The notes under the pieces are model-generated. The model saw nothing but the letters and a program-made list of their open reading frames with translations, was not told the DNA's origin and did no database searches. 64,000 nucleotides of DNA from Alphaproteobacteria bacterium. Lineage in GTDB: Bacteria; Pseudomonadota; Alphaproteobacteria; G965218375. The position numbers were made by a program, and so were the translations under genes. Every line of letters starts with the position of its first letter. Position 1 is the first letter of the stretch. The stretch spans positions 1,404,950-1,468,949 of the forward strand of contig OZ244618.1 in NCBI GenBank assembly GCA_965218375.1. Reading direction: 5' to 3'. This document shows positions 19,511 to 32,329 of the stretch, piece after piece.

Positions 19511-21208
19511 ATGATAAATAACAAAAAACCATGGGCAAAACATTATAGTGAAGAAGCGCTCTCTTATAATCCTGATAAAATGCGTTATCAATCTCTAAGT
19601 GATTTGTTTTTTGACGTAGGGGAACGATTTGCAAAGAGTACAGCTTTCACCGCTGTTCTACCCAACGGGGTAAGTGTAAGTATCACTTATGAAGAATATA
19701 ATACCTATTCAAATTATTTTGCAGCGTATTTACGAGAAGTTATTGGCTTAAAAAAAGGCGATGTTATCGCGTTACAAACGCCTAACTGTCTTGGCTATCC
19801 AGTCGCCGCTACAGGCATTATTAAAGCTGGATGTGTGTTGACGTCTCTCAATCCGCTGTACACGCCTTCAGAGATGAAATATCAATTGAATGATTGTAAT
19901 GTGAAGACTTTAGTGATTATTGATCTTTTTGGCTACAAGGTTGATGAAATCATAGATGATACTAAAGTAGAGAACGTGATTCTTCTGAGCCTGTTTGATT
20001 TCATGCCTACATTAAAACGGATATTTTTTAGTACTGTCTTTAAGTACATTAAAAAGGGAATCCCTAAGGTTAACACACCAACAGTAAACTTTCTTGAGAC
20101 ATTAAAAATTGGTGAACAAAAAATACAAAGTAAGGGAATTAACGCGACATTCTATTCAAGTAAAATCAAGGCTGACGATCACGCCGTGTATCAGTATACT
20201 GGGGGTACGACTGGGAGGAGTAAGGGAGCAATTCTTACACACAAGAATCTACTTAGTAATATTGAGCAGATACGTATTATGCTTGGTTCCAGTATTAACG
20301 AAGACGAGAAGGGGAACATGCTGAGCATCTTGCCTCTCTATCATATTTTTGCGTTTACATTAAATATGCTGGTTAATATAACCTATGGTTGGGGAAATAT
20401 TTTGGTCCCAAACCCTCGCCCCTTAGAGAATTTGAAACCTGTTTTTAAAAATCATAAAATAACGTGGATGACGGGGGTAAATACGCTCTTTGTTGCGTTG
20501 TTAAATGCTGACTGGTTTAAATATAAAATTGGTCTTGCTGCTGCTGGCGGTGCCGCGCTTCAGGTGAGCGTTGCTACAGAGTGGGCAGAAAAACATGGGG
20601 TGATTGTAGAAGGGTACGGTTTAAGTGAAACCTCCCCTGCTCTTTCTTTTAATCCTCCCGCTGGACCGATTCGGGTGGGTACGGTTGGAATACCAATGCC
20701 TGGGGTTGATTTGAAATTTGTGGATGATAATGATAACGAGGTTCCTTATGGTGAGGTGGCGGAGTTATGTGCGCGTGGTCCTAATGTGACAAAAGGGTAC
20801 TTAAAGGAGTCCGAAGAAATTGGCATCGCCATTAAAGATGGATGGTTTCATACGGGTGATATCGCAGTATTGGATGACGAAGGGTTTGTCAAAATTATTG
20901 ACCGTAAAAAAGACCTTATTTTGGTCTCAGGTTTTTCCGTATACCCTAATGAACTCGAAAGCGTTATCTCAGGTTTTGATGGTATCCTCGATGTCGCTGT
21001 TGCTGGCGTGAAAGACCGTAAGTCTGGAGAAGTGCCAAAGGCTTATATTGTGCTTTCTGATAAGGGCCTCACAGAAGAGAAAATTATCAAAATGTGTCAA
21101 AAAGAAATGATATCTTACAAGGTGCCAAAGTATATAAAATTTGTTGATGATCTTCCTAAGACACCTGTCGGTAAGGTTCTTCGGAGACATTTAAATCAAT
21201 TGGATTAA
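19511..21208 (+). CDS. fadD: long-chain-fatty-acid--CoA ligase
   Basis: AMP-binding motif YTGGTTGRSKGA. Near-colinear similarity to FadD throughout (YQSL.D.F, GYGLSE, TGDIAV.DEEGF..I.DRKKD.I, PVGKVLRR). Confidence 0.85.
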   Translation: MINNKKPWAKHYSEEALSYNPDKMRYQSLSDLFFDVGERFAKSTAFTAVLPNGVSVSITYEEYNTYSNYFAAYLREVIGLKKGDVIALQTPNCLGYPVAATGIIKAGCVLTSLNPLYTPSEMKYQLNDCNVKTLVIIDLFGYKVDEIIDDTKVENVILLSLFDFMPTLKRIFFSTVFKYIKKGIPKVNTPTVNFLETLKIGEQKIQSKGINATFYSSKIKADDHAVYQYTGGTTGRSKGAILTHKNLLSNIEQIRIMLGSSINEDEKGNMLSILPLYHIFAFTLNMLVNITYGWGNILVPNPRPLENLKPVFKNHKITWMTGVNTLFVALLNADWFKYKIGLAAAGGAALQVSVATEWAEKHGVIVEGYGLSETSPALSFNPPAGPIRVGTVGIPMPGVDLKFVDDNDNEVPYGEVAELCARGPNVTKGYLKESEEIGIAIKDGWFHTGDIAVLDDEGFVKIIDRKKDLILVSGFSVYPNELESVISGFDGILDVAVAGVKDRKSGEVPKAYIVLSDKGLTEEKIIKMCQKEMISYKVPKYIKFVDDLPKTPVGKVLRRHLNQLD

Positions 21209-21403
21209 TTATAGGTTTTTGGAGTTTTTAAAGCATTCGGTATACTGTTAGTGTCCCTAAAAGTGAGAACGAAAGTTAGCCATGAGCAGGTCTTTAGCTT
21301 TTACTGTAGGGATAAAACATATACCTTCTTAACCAAGTTGTGCTGGAGAAAATATATATTATGTTTTTTTTCAATTGGATGAACCCAAGTTGAAGTTAAA
21401 GTA

Positions 21404-22882
21404 ATGCTATTTTTGTATATAGAGTTTTTAATATATGAATATTTTTATATTCTGTTGTTCACTTTACTCTCCTTTGTATCCATAATCGCATATATAATAA
21501 GTCTTAAGGTTCTTTCAATTAAGAAAAAGAATAAAAACATTTTTCGTGGTTTAAAGATCAAACGACCTTTTAGTCCAACAGAGTTGTTTTTTGAATTGAA
21601 TAAAGAGCAGATTATCCGTTTAGCGCCAACGATGGATGAACGCAATCAGCTTAATGGTGAGCTTAAAGGAAGTCTTACCTCGATCTCGATTTTTTATGAT
21701 ATAGACTCTGAACTCCTCACAGTACCCATCAAAGATATCATGGAAGATTTGTCGAAAGGGCGCTCAGAGTATGCGGAAAACGTGTATCGCAACTTTATGG
21801 AGGCTGGTTTAAACGCGAAATTATCTGAGGATGCAGATTATAATGAACGCATGGAACATGAACAAACTCTTGAGTATGGAGGTAGTGCCGCACGGAACTT
21901 GGCTGCCTTTAGCCTTTTAAAAGATGATATTGACAAGGCCATGGACTTGTATGATAAGTCGGTCCGCCTCAGAAGTAAGGACTCTTCTTACTGGCGCCGT
22001 AATGGCGATGCTAAAATGTTATATGGGTCAATGGGTGATGCTCAACATGCCTATAGCAAGGCGTTAGAATTATCAGATGCTCGTAACGAAATTCACCAAA
22101 AAGCTGGAGCGCTTCTTGGGCTTGGGATTATTCTAATGCGCAAAGGACAATACGATGATGCAATTGAGTACCTCCAAAGTGCTGCGGAAATTTCAATTAA
22201 TATAAAGCGTAACGACTTAAGGGGGAAATGTAAGTACTATCTTGGGGAGATCAGTTTCCAACTCAATCAAAATACTGAGGCACAATCGTTTTATGAGGAG
22301 GCTCTTATCCTTGCAAGAGTTAATGGGAATATTGATTCAGTAGCCCAAGCCTATGAAGGGTTATCGCGTATTGCTATTAAAAAGAAAAGTTATCGTACGG
22401 CTGAGGGATATTTATTAAGTGGATATGATTCGTTACAAAAAGCATTAGCTCCGCCCCTGCCCATGGTTGATACTCTCACCGCTTTAAGTATGTTGTATTT
22501 ACGGCAAAATGATTTAGAACTTGCCCGTGATTTCCTCTTAGAAGCTAAGGTACATGCAAAAAAGATTGTGAAGAGAAAGTACTTAATGAAATTTTATTTA
22601 ACGTCTGGAATTATTTCCGTAAAGTGTAAAGATTTTAGAGAGGCAGAATACTCCTTCAACCTTGGATTGTATTATAGTCATAATTTAGATCGGGATCCAG
22701 AGAAATACCGCTTTATTTGGGAGCTCGCCATGTTTTATAGTGATCAAAAAAGGTATCTTGACGCGATAAATTATGCGAAGAAATGCTTGAAATTCTATTT
22801 GGACATACAAGAGAAAAAGCAGGTCAGAAAAATACGTACTTGGATTGCAAATGTGTATTATCTTTCAAAATTGCAAAGTTAA
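21404..22882 (+). CDS. TPR-repeat protein with an N-terminal transmembrane anchor; function unknown
   Basis: One hydrophobic helix within the first 40 aa, followed by about 10 degenerate TPR units (A..Y..AL.L...). Confidence 0.55.
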   Translation: MLFLYIEFLIYEYFYILLFTLLSFVSIIAYIISLKVLSIKKKNKNIFRGLKIKRPFSPTELFFELNKEQIIRLAPTMDERNQLNGELKGSLTSISIFYDIDSELLTVPIKDIMEDLSKGRSEYAENVYRNFMEAGLNAKLSEDADYNERMEHEQTLEYGGSAARNLAAFSLLKDDIDKAMDLYDKSVRLRSKDSSYWRRNGDAKMLYGSMGDAQHAYSKALELSDARNEIHQKAGALLGLGIILMRKGQYDDAIEYLQSAAEISINIKRNDLRGKCKYYLGEISFQLNQNTEAQSFYEEALILARVNGNIDSVAQAYEGLSRIAIKKKSYRTAEGYLLSGYDSLQKALAPPLPMVDTLTALSMLYLRQNDLELARDFLLEAKVHAKKIVKRKYLMKFYLTSGIISVKCKDFREAEYSFNLGLYYSHNLDRDPEKYRFIWELAMFYSDQKRYLDAINYAKKCLKFYLDIQEKKQVRKIRTWIANVYYLSKLQS

Positions 22883-23100
22883 CTGCACGGGTATAATAAA
22901 TTATTTCCATGAAATACTTTATATATATGTTTCCAATTCTTAGGATAGCGATTTTTGGAACATTTGTTTATTTTAGTGGTAAAGCACGCAGCTTATGTAG
23001 TGTATCTTTTCATGGGGGTGTGCGAATTGCAAAATAAGTTTGTGAAGGTTATGAGCAAGAGAAATCTCTTGAAGAAAGCAGGTAAAAGAGTGTTGAGTCT

Positions 23101-25494
23101 ATGACATCATCGAAGTCACGCAAAAATGTCCGTGGAAGTGTGATGCGGTTACAGCGCCCTTCACATGTTCAGGAGGAATCTATCCAAATCCTCCCTGCCG
23201 TTGTATCAATTTTTCTCAAGCGACGATTAATTGAGCTTCTGGGTGTGGTTCCCTTAGTTTTAAGTGGAATAGGGTTTTTGGCGCTATTATCTTATCATTC
23301 TGATGATCCGAGCTGGAATGTTATCACGGAAGCAGCACCCTCAAATTTAATGGGTGTCGTGGGAAGTCACGGAGCTGATTTCTTGTTTCAACTTTTGGGA
23401 CAGGCCACTTATATTCCGTTTTGGTTTTTGTTGTTCTTAGGTATCAGGATTATTCGGCATAAGGGAATGCAACGATTTTTCCTTCACCTTATTATGATGC
23501 TCTTGGCGACTCTTTGTACTTGTATTGCGTTATCGTTATCTGTGACCCCTGAACAAGGTGGCGCGATTGGGGTGTTGGCCTTGCACCACGCGATTAGTGG
23601 ATTGAAATTAATGGGTCTAACCCCACAAATTATGGTGTTCTCAAGCATCATGTGGGTTTTTGGGACGGTGTTCCTCATCCTGTCTATGGCCCTTACCTTA
23701 TATGATTGGCAGTTACTTTTTGTGAAGGTGATACGTTTTGTCTCTTTTACGTTTCAGACACTTTGGCGGGCAGTGGTGTTCATGGCCCGTGTGCGGTTTT
23801 TATTTGCCCCTAGCAGCGATCAGGCGGACGACCCTCGCGCCTTTGATCACGACTTAGAGAAGAAATCCCCGAAGAGTCCAGAGGTTAAGCAAGAAAATGA
23901 GCCACAAAAGAAGAGGGTTAAACCAGCTTCTAAGGGCGTTAAAGATAAGTGGGATAATAAAAAACTCAAGGTGGAACCAAAACCTACCCTATTAGGACAA
24001 AAGGTTCCTGCGCTCTCTCTGCTCAAAGCCGCACCTGAGACGTTTACCAAACGGGATCCCATAGATCTGGAACATAGGGCGCGAATGCTAGAGGGCGTAT
24101 TAAAAGATTTCGGCGTTTATGGAGAAATTTCTGAGATTCGTCCAGGTCCTGTGGTAACTGTTTATGAACTACTCCCAGCAAAAGGGACCAAAACCAGTCG
24201 TATTATCGGATTAAGTGATGATATCGCCCGAACTATGTCGGCGATCAGCGTTAGGTGTGCCGTCATTCCTGGTCGTGCAGTGGTGGGTATTGAAATGCCC
24301 AACGACATTAGGGAGGATGTCTATTTGCGGGATATTCTTGAAAGTTCTGAGTTTCAAGAGGCAACTGGTGACCTTAATATTGTCCTGGGTAAAGATATTG
24401 AGGGCAAACCAGTTATTGCAGATTTAACCCGCATGCCCCATATGTTGGTTGCAGGAACTACAGGATCAGGAAAGTCCGTAGGGGTCAACGCGATTATATT
24501 AAGTCTTTTATTCAGGTATACTCCTGATGAATTACGCATGATTATGATTGATCCCAAGGTGCTTGAGTTGTCTGTTTATGAGAATATTCCGCACTTGTTA
24601 ACCCCAGTGGTGACCGACCCCCACAAATCCGTAGCGGCTTTAAAGTGGGCGGTGCGCGAAATGGATCAACGTTACCGCCAGATGGCGCAATTAGGCGTTC
24701 GCAATGTTGCCAATTATAATGAAAAGTTACGTCACGCCATCGAGAGTGGTGAAACGCTTAAGCGTGAAGTTCAAACTGGATTTAACAGCGACACGGGTGA
24801 ACCTATCGTTGAAATACAAGAATTAGACCTTGAGCCATTCCCATATATTGTCATTATCGTTGATGAGTTTTCAGATTTAATGATGGTTGCGGGGAAAGAT
24901 GTTGAGTTGTGCGTGCTGAGGATTGCCCAAAAGGCCCGTGCGGCGGGTATTCACCTTATTATGGCAACTCAAAGGCCTTCTGTTGACGTGGTCACAGGAA
25001 CCATTAAAGCTAACTTCCCCAGTCGAATTAGTTATAAAGTCACCAGTAAAATTGACTCTCGTACCATTCTAGGTCAGCAAGGGGCGGATCAATTATTAGG
25101 TATGGGGGATATGCTCTATATGTCCATGAGCGGCAACCTGATGCGGGCTCATGGCCCTTTTGTCAGTGATGATGATGTAGAGAAGGTTGTGAAATATATC
25201 CGCTCTACGGGACGGCCTGCCTATATGAATGATATTTTCTCAGAAATTGAAGAGGGGGAGAACGACTCGCGTGATCCCTTATTTAATTCAGATTCTGGCG
25301 AGGATAACGATCTGTATGAACAAGCCCTCGGCATTATCCGAAAACATAAAAAGGTGAGCACAAGCTTTATTCAACGCTACTTAAAGATTGGCTATAATCG
25401 CGCTGCGCGCCTTGTTGAGAGGATGGAAGAAGAAGGGGTGATCTCTGAAGCTAACCATGCAGGAAAACGCACCATTCTGATAGATTTAGATTAA
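23101..25494 (+). CDS. ftsK: DNA translocase FtsK
   Basis: N-terminal 4 TM helices, a Pro/Lys-rich linker, the RecA-like motor (Walker A GTTGSGKSV), and a C-terminal gamma domain (winged helix). Confidence 0.95.
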   Translation: MTSSKSRKNVRGSVMRLQRPSHVQEESIQILPAVVSIFLKRRLIELLGVVPLVLSGIGFLALLSYHSDDPSWNVITEAAPSNLMGVVGSHGADFLFQLLGQATYIPFWFLLFLGIRIIRHKGMQRFFLHLIMMLLATLCTCIALSLSVTPEQGGAIGVLALHHAISGLKLMGLTPQIMVFSSIMWVFGTVFLILSMALTLYDWQLLFVKVIRFVSFTFQTLWRAVVFMARVRFLFAPSSDQADDPRAFDHDLEKKSPKSPEVKQENEPQKKRVKPASKGVKDKWDNKKLKVEPKPTLLGQKVPALSLLKAAPETFTKRDPIDLEHRARMLEGVLKDFGVYGEISEIRPGPVVTVYELLPAKGTKTSRIIGLSDDIARTMSAISVRCAVIPGRAVVGIEMPNDIREDVYLRDILESSEFQEATGDLNIVLGKDIEGKPVIADLTRMPHMLVAGTTGSGKSVGVNAIILSLLFRYTPDELRMIMIDPKVLELSVYENIPHLLTPVVTDPHKSVAALKWAVREMDQRYRQMAQLGVRNVANYNEKLRHAIESGETLKREVQTGFNSDTGEPIVEIQELDLEPFPYIVIIVDEFSDLMMVAGKDVELCVLRIAQKARAAGIHLIMATQRPSVDVVTGTIKANFPSRISYKVTSKIDSRTILGQQGADQLLGMGDMLYMSMSGNLMRAHGPFVSDDDVEKVVKYIRSTGRPAYMNDIFSEIEEGENDSRDPLFNSDSGEDNDLYEQALGIIRKHKKVSTSFIQRYLKIGYNRAARLVERMEEEGVISEANHAGKRTILIDLD

Positions 25495-25500
25495 AAAAAT

Positions 25501-25526
25501 AGAGCCCCTCCATGGGAGGTGACTCT
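25501..25526. terminator. bidirectional terminator hairpin between convergent ftsK and dnaJ
   Basis: AGAG-cc-CCTCC-atg-GGAGG-tga-CTCT imperfect hairpin in the 45-bp gap. Confidence 0.5.
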
Positions 25527-25539
25527 ATATGAACTTAAT

Positions 25540-26664
25540 TTAGGGGCCGAGGTTATCAAAAAAATCTTTTACCTTTGAAAAGAACCCTTCACTATGGGGG
25601 TTATGGTAGCTTGGGTCTTCATTAAATTCATTCAAAAGCTCTTTTTGTCTCTTTGATAAACTAACGGGTATTTCAACAATTGCCTCCACATACATATCTC
25701 CACGGGCGGAGCTGCGCATCTGGTTCATCCCCTTGCCACGAATACGGAATTTCTTTCCAGATGGCGTCCCATCAGGGATTTCAAGGCTAATGAGTTGACC
25801 ATCAATGGTTGGCACTTCCACGTTACCTCCAAGAGCCAGAACGGTCATCGGTATCGGGACTTGACAGAAAATATGAATCCCGTCACGGTGGAAAATATGA
25901 TGGGGTTTAACATTGATAAAGACATAAAGATCACCATTACCGGCGCCATGGTGTCCCGCATCTCCGTCACCGTTTTTGCGAATTCTGGTATCGTCATCAA
26001 TTCCAGCAGGCACGTTGATAGAGATATTTTTTTTGAAGGGGCTTTTACCTAAACCATTACAGGTTTTACAGTGTTTAGAGATAAACATCCCCTGTCCCTG
26101 ACATTTGGAACAGGTCTGCTCAATGGTAAAGAATCCTTGGGATGTGCGCGTTTTTCCATGACCATTACAGGCAGTACATTTTTTTAAGTCCTTATCAGAA
26201 AACGCTCCAGAACCATTACAGCTTGAACACTTCTCACTCTTGTTAATGGTAAATTCTTTGACTACCCCCCTAAAGGCTTCCTCAAGGGTGATTTCCATAT
26301 TGTAACGTAAGTCTGATCCGCGATTATTTTGTTGTTGACGACCGCCGCCGCCCATGAATCCATTGAAAATATCATCAAATATATCGGAAAACCCGCCACC
26401 ATTGGGATTATTTCCGCCGCCGCCCATGCCACCTTCAAACGCTGCATGACCATAGCGGTCGTAAGCGGCGCGTTTTTCTGGGTCCTTCAGAATGGAATAA
26501 GCTTCATTACATTCTTTAAAAAGTTTTTCTGCTTTGGCATCATTAGGATTACGGTCTGGATGATACTTCATTGCCAATTTTCGATACGCAGATTTTAACT
26601 GCTTTTCATCTGCATCTTTCGAAACACTTAGGATTTCATAAAAGTCTCGGTTTGTGTTTGACAT
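25540..26664 (-). CDS. dnaJ: chaperone DnaJ
   Basis: J-domain with HPD (KYHPDRNP), a G/F-rich linker, and four CxxCxGxG zinc-finger repeats. Confidence 0.95.
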   Translation of the reverse strand: MSNTNRDFYEILSVSKDADEKQLKSAYRKLAMKYHPDRNPNDAKAEKLFKECNEAYSILKDPEKRAAYDRYGHAAFEGGMGGGGNNPNGGGFSDIFDDIFNGFMGGGGRQQQNNRGSDLRYNMEITLEEAFRGVVKEFTINKSEKCSSCNGSGAFSDKDLKKCTACNGHGKTRTSQGFFTIEQTCSKCQGQGMFISKHCKTCNGLGKSPFKKNISINVPAGIDDDTRIRKNGDGDAGHHGAGNGDLYVFINVKPHHIFHRDGIHIFCQVPIPMTVLALGGNVEVPTIDGQLISLEIPDGTPSGKKFRIRGKGMNQMRSSARGDMYVEAIVEIPVSLSKRQKELLNEFNEDPSYHNPHSEGFFSKVKDFFDNLGP

Positions 26665-26761
26665 AGTTCACTGATCTTTCTGAAATTTATAGACCTGATC
26701 TTTATCAGTAAAGAGATGGTCCTTGGACCATCTCTAATATAGGTAATTTCTTCAGATCAGT

Positions 26762-28669
26762 TTATTTATTATCTTTTGGGGTATCATCATTAACTTCTTC
26801 AAAGTCAGCATCAATGACATTATCATCTTCTGAAGAATTTGGAGAAGATGCATCACCGGTTTGTGGGCCTGCTTGACTCATGACTTCAGTAAGCTTCATG
26901 GCAACTTGAGAGAGTTCTTGGATTTTTTGCTCAATGTCTGCCTTGTCACTTCCTTTGGCAGCAGCATCAACCTCAGCGAGTTTTTCATCAATTGCTGACT
27001 TATCTTCAGGATTGAGGCCACTTCCATGTTCATCCAACATTTGTTGTGTAGAGCTTACAAGGGCATCCGCTTGATTTTTGGTTTCAATAAGTTCGCGCTG
27101 GACTTTGTCTTTTTCAACATTATCCTCCGCATCCTTAACCATTTTCTCAATTTCTGCATCAGAAAGACCACCAGAAGATTGAATTCGGATTTTTTGCTCT
27201 TTGCCTGTCTCTTTATCTTTTGCACTGACGTTAACAATACCATTGGCATCAATATCAAAAGTCACTTCAATTTGGGGAACACCACGTTTGGCTGACGCAA
27301 TACCCACAAGGTCAAACTGTCCAAGCATTTTATTGTCAGAGGCTATTTCCCGTTCCCCTTGGGCAACACGGATAGTAACAGCTGATTGGTTGTCTTCTGC
27401 AGTAGAGAAGACTTGGGATTTCTTGGCTGGAATGGTGGTATTACGGTCAAGAAGCCGCGTGAAAATGCCGCCCAGAGTTTCGATTCCTAAAGATAATGGT
27501 GTGACATCTAAAAGGAGGACGTCTTTAATATCCCCTTGAAGAACCCCTCCTTGGATGGCAGCACCTGCGGCAACAACTTCATCAGGGTTCACGCCTTTGT
27601 GGGGCTCTTTACCAAAGAAGTCTTTCACCACTTCTATAATTTTGGGCATTCTGGTCATACCACCGACCAAAATCACTTCATCAATATCTTCAGCCTTCAT
27701 GTTGGCATCTTTGAGAGCTGCTTTACATGGTTCAATCGAACGCTTCACCAAGGCCTCTACCAAGGATTCATATTTGGTACGACTGATTTTGATGGTTAGG
27801 TGTTTTGGTCCTGTTTGATCCGCAGTGATGAACGGCAAGTTAACTTCGGTCATCGTTGAGCTTGACAGTTCAATTTTAGCTTTCTCAGAAGCTTCTTTTA
27901 ACCTTTGTAAGGCGAGGGGATCTTTGCTGAGGTCAATGCCGTTTTCTTTTTTAAACTCACTGGTTAAGAAGTTGACAATGCTGATATCAAAGTCTTCACC
28001 ACCAAGGAAGGTGTCACCATTAGTGGACTTGACTTCAAAAACACCATCACCAATTTCCAGAATTGAGACGTCAAAGGTTCCACCACCTAAGTCGTAAACT
28101 GCGATTGTTTTTCCATCTTTCTTGTCAAGACCATAGGCAAGTGCAGCGGCAGTTGGTTCGTTTATGATACGTTTTACTTCAAGACCGGCAATTTTACCCG
28201 CATCTTTGGTTGCTTGGCGCTGGCTATCATTGAAGTAAGCGGGAACAGTAATAACAGCTTCGGTTACAGTTTCACCAAGGAAACTCTCAGCTGTTTCTTT
28301 CATTTTTTGGAGTATCATAGCGCTTACTTGGGAAGGGGATAATTTTTCATTATCAACTTGTAACCATGCACCATCGTTACTTCCTTTAATAATCGAATAA
28401 GGACTGTTTTTTATGCACTTTTCAACTTCAGGGTCGCTAATCTTACGTCCAATAAGACGTTTTGCAGCGAATAAGGTCCCTTTAGGATTCGTGACTGATT
28501 GACGTTTGGCTGGAAGACCAATAAGTCTTTCCCCGTCTTTAGTAAAACCAACAACTGAAGGTGTTGTCCGACCGCCTTCAGAGTTTTCAATAATTTTTGG
28601 ACTTGCTCCGTCCATAACCGAAACACATGAATTAGTTGTGCCAAGGTCAATACCAATAATTTTAGACAT
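26762..28669 (-). CDS. dnaK: chaperone DnaK (Hsp70)
   Basis: 635 aa Hsp70 with [18 protein letters not shown] and [11 protein letters not shown] motifs. AAGGAG RBS present. dnaK-dnaJ operon. Confidence 0.97.
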   Translation of the reverse strand: MSKIIGIDLGTTNSCVSVMDGASPKIIENSEGGRTTPSVVGFTKDGERLIGLPAKRQSVTNPKGTLFAAKRLIGRKISDPEVEKCIKNSPYSIIKGSNDGAWLQVDNEKLSPSQVSAMILQKMKETAESFLGETVTEAVITVPAYFNDSQRQATKDAGKIAGLEVKRIINEPTAAALAYGLDKKDGKTIAVYDLGGGTFDVSILEIGDGVFEVKSTNGDTFLGGEDFDISIVNFLTSEFKKENGIDLSKDPLALQRLKEASEKAKIELSSSTMTEVNLPFITADQTGPKHLTIKISRTKYESLVEALVKRSIEPCKAALKDANMKAEDIDEVILVGGMTRMPKIIEVVKDFFGKEPHKGVNPDEVVAAGAAIQGGVLQGDIKDVLLLDVTPLSLGIETLGGIFTRLLDRNTTIPAKKSQVFSTAEDNQSAVTIRVAQGEREIASDNKMLGQFDLVGIASAKRGVPQIEVTFDIDANGIVNVSAKDKETGKEQKIRIQSSGGLSDAEIEKMVKDAEDNVEKDKVQRELIETKNQADALVSSTQQMLDEHGSGLNPEDKSAIDEKLAEVDAAAKGSDKADIEQKIQELSQVAMKLTEVMSQAGPQTGDASSPNSSEDDNVIDADFEEVNDDTPKDNK

Positions 28670-28891
28670 TTTATGCTCCTTAAGTGGCGGAACTCGGTAG
28701 CCTCAAATCTGAGCGCACACGCGTTCCCCTGCAAACAATAAATAAAAGGATATATGTAAAGTATCCTTAAAAATATGATAATCTACCGAAAATGATTAAT
28801 CAATAGTCTCATTTAAGTTCAATATAATTGAATAATTGAGAATTATCAATAACCCGAAAAAAATTTTTATTAAGCTATAATATTAACGCCT

Positions 28892-29785
28892 TTATCCGCG
28901 CCCTTGATTTTTAAGGAAGGCCTCGACCTCTGCGCGGGAGGGGGAGGAGGCAGCGCCATGTTTAGTCACATGTAGGGCAGCAGCAGCGCTCGCCATTCGC
29001 AGAGCGTCCTTGAAGGGCTTTTTTTGAGAGACCTCCGCCATAAAAAACCCACAAAAGCAATCCCCAGCTCCCGTGGTATCTTTCACCTCTACGGGGAATG
29101 CAGGTTGATGGAGTGTGCCTTCTTCCCCTTGATAGGTAACGCCATTGGCGCCATCTGTGATGATCAAGTGCCGAATATTGAGGAGTTTTGCACTCAGTCT
29201 TTCGCGGTCAACTTGGAGCTCTTTTGCGATTTCTGTCGCTTCATGGTGATTGACAATCAGGATGTCGCAATAGGGAATAAGAGCCACCGTGACTTTAGGC
29301 AGAAAGGGCGCGGCATTGTAGGCAAGAGGAATGAAGAGTGCGCGCGCTGCTTTGGCAAACTCTAAGGCACCAGTGGTTTCATTTTGCAATAGTGCCCAGT
29401 CAGATGGTTCCTTGTCCATTAAAGTTTCTTGTGCATCATTTATATCAATGCTGTGATTGGCGCCAGGGTGCAGAATAATTTGATTTTCCCCATGTGAGTT
29501 GACATAGATGATGGCATGACCCGTAGGGGCGCTCACGTGTTGAACATGGTCGGTGCGTAGATTATTTTCCGACATCTCCTTAAGGATCCATGTATCTTGA
29601 GGGTTAACGGCGCCAATATGGGTTACATCTGCGCCCGCTTTAATAAGTGAGAGTGATTGATTGAGACCCTTACCGCCTATGGCGTATGAAAAATGCGTGC
29701 TCGTTAAGGTCTCTCCCGCCCGTGGAAGGTGGGGGATTTGGTACGTGTAGTCAATATTGATTGAGCCGAGATTAAATATTGTCAT
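28892..29785 (-). CDS. PfkB-family carbohydrate kinase (ribokinase-like)
   Basis: N-terminal GSINIDY and the C-terminal GAGD.F anion-hole motif (DTTGAGDCFCGFF). Start at the internal ATG (MTIFNLGS). Confidence 0.8.
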   Translation of the reverse strand: MTIFNLGSINIDYTYQIPHLPRAGETLTSTHFSYAIGGKGLNQSLSLIKAGADVTHIGAVNPQDTWILKEMSENNLRTDHVQHVSAPTGHAIIYVNSHGENQIILHPGANHSIDINDAQETLMDKEPSDWALLQNETTGALEFAKAARALFIPLAYNAAPFLPKVTVALIPYCDILIVNHHEATEIAKELQVDRERLSAKLLNIRHLIITDGANGVTYQGEEGTLHQPAFPVEVKDTTGAGDCFCGFFMAEVSQKKPFKDALRMASAAAALHVTKHGAASSPSRAEVEAFLKNQGRG

Positions 29786-29864
29786 AAGGGATGTTATCTG
29801 TTGAGTCTGGTATGAAAAAAAGGATACGGGATGAAAAAGATTTATATAAAACTTATAAGGGAGT

Positions 29865-31898
<2,034 letters not shown>

Positions 31899-31996
31899 CT
31901 AACTAATTTCTATCCATAAAGGATTAAATTTTATAAAAGGAATAACCCGCCTAGGGATTAAAATAAACTTTATGATTTATAAGGGGATCTTGATAA

Positions 31997-32281
31997 TTAA
32001 CGCGGTTGCTTACGCGCACCCATTATTTTAATACATAAGCCTTTAGGGACAAGTATCCACTCTTCTTTAATTGGTAAGCCTGACGCCGTCTCACCACAGG
32101 TGTTTTCTTTTAAGCTACAGTCCGCTTTTCCCTTTTTGACTATACCATAACACTTTTCATAGACTATACCCGTGGCATCTTGATTCTTAATGGGCTGAGC
32201 ATAAGAGTGAGTATCAATAAAAATTAACACACCAGCTAATAGCGTATAAGTAAAATATCGTAAGGTGAGCCTATGTATCAT
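31997..32281 (-). CDS. DUF2282-family secreted Cys-rich peptide (bufferin BufA2-like precursor)
   Basis: Signal peptide, then EKCYGIVKKGKADCS...C.G......EW.LVPKG.C, the DUF2282 signature with four conserved Cys. Confidence 0.7.
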   Translation of the reverse strand: MIHRLTLRYFTYTLLAGVLIFIDTHSYAQPIKNQDATGIVYEKCYGIVKKGKADCSLKENTCGETASGLPIKEEWILVPKGLCIKIMGARKQPR

Positions 32282-32329
32282 CAATTTACCCCTAACTATT
32301 TATTATAATTACTCATTCATTATACGATA

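Noticed and set aside
19502-19511. Apparent 1-nt disagreements between my manual base indexing and track coordinates at the fadD start and around 53230-53340 (HIT / antisense ORF).
   Set aside because: Most likely my counting error, not real frameshifts. Both genes read through without disruption in the track, so no pseudogene is called.
28670-28891. Looked for a sigma-32 heat-shock promoter (CTTGAAA-N13-17-CCCCATNT) or a CIRCE element upstream of dnaK.
   Set aside because: No convincing match by eye. Only an AAGGAG RBS and AT-rich DNA are evident, so no promoter call is made.
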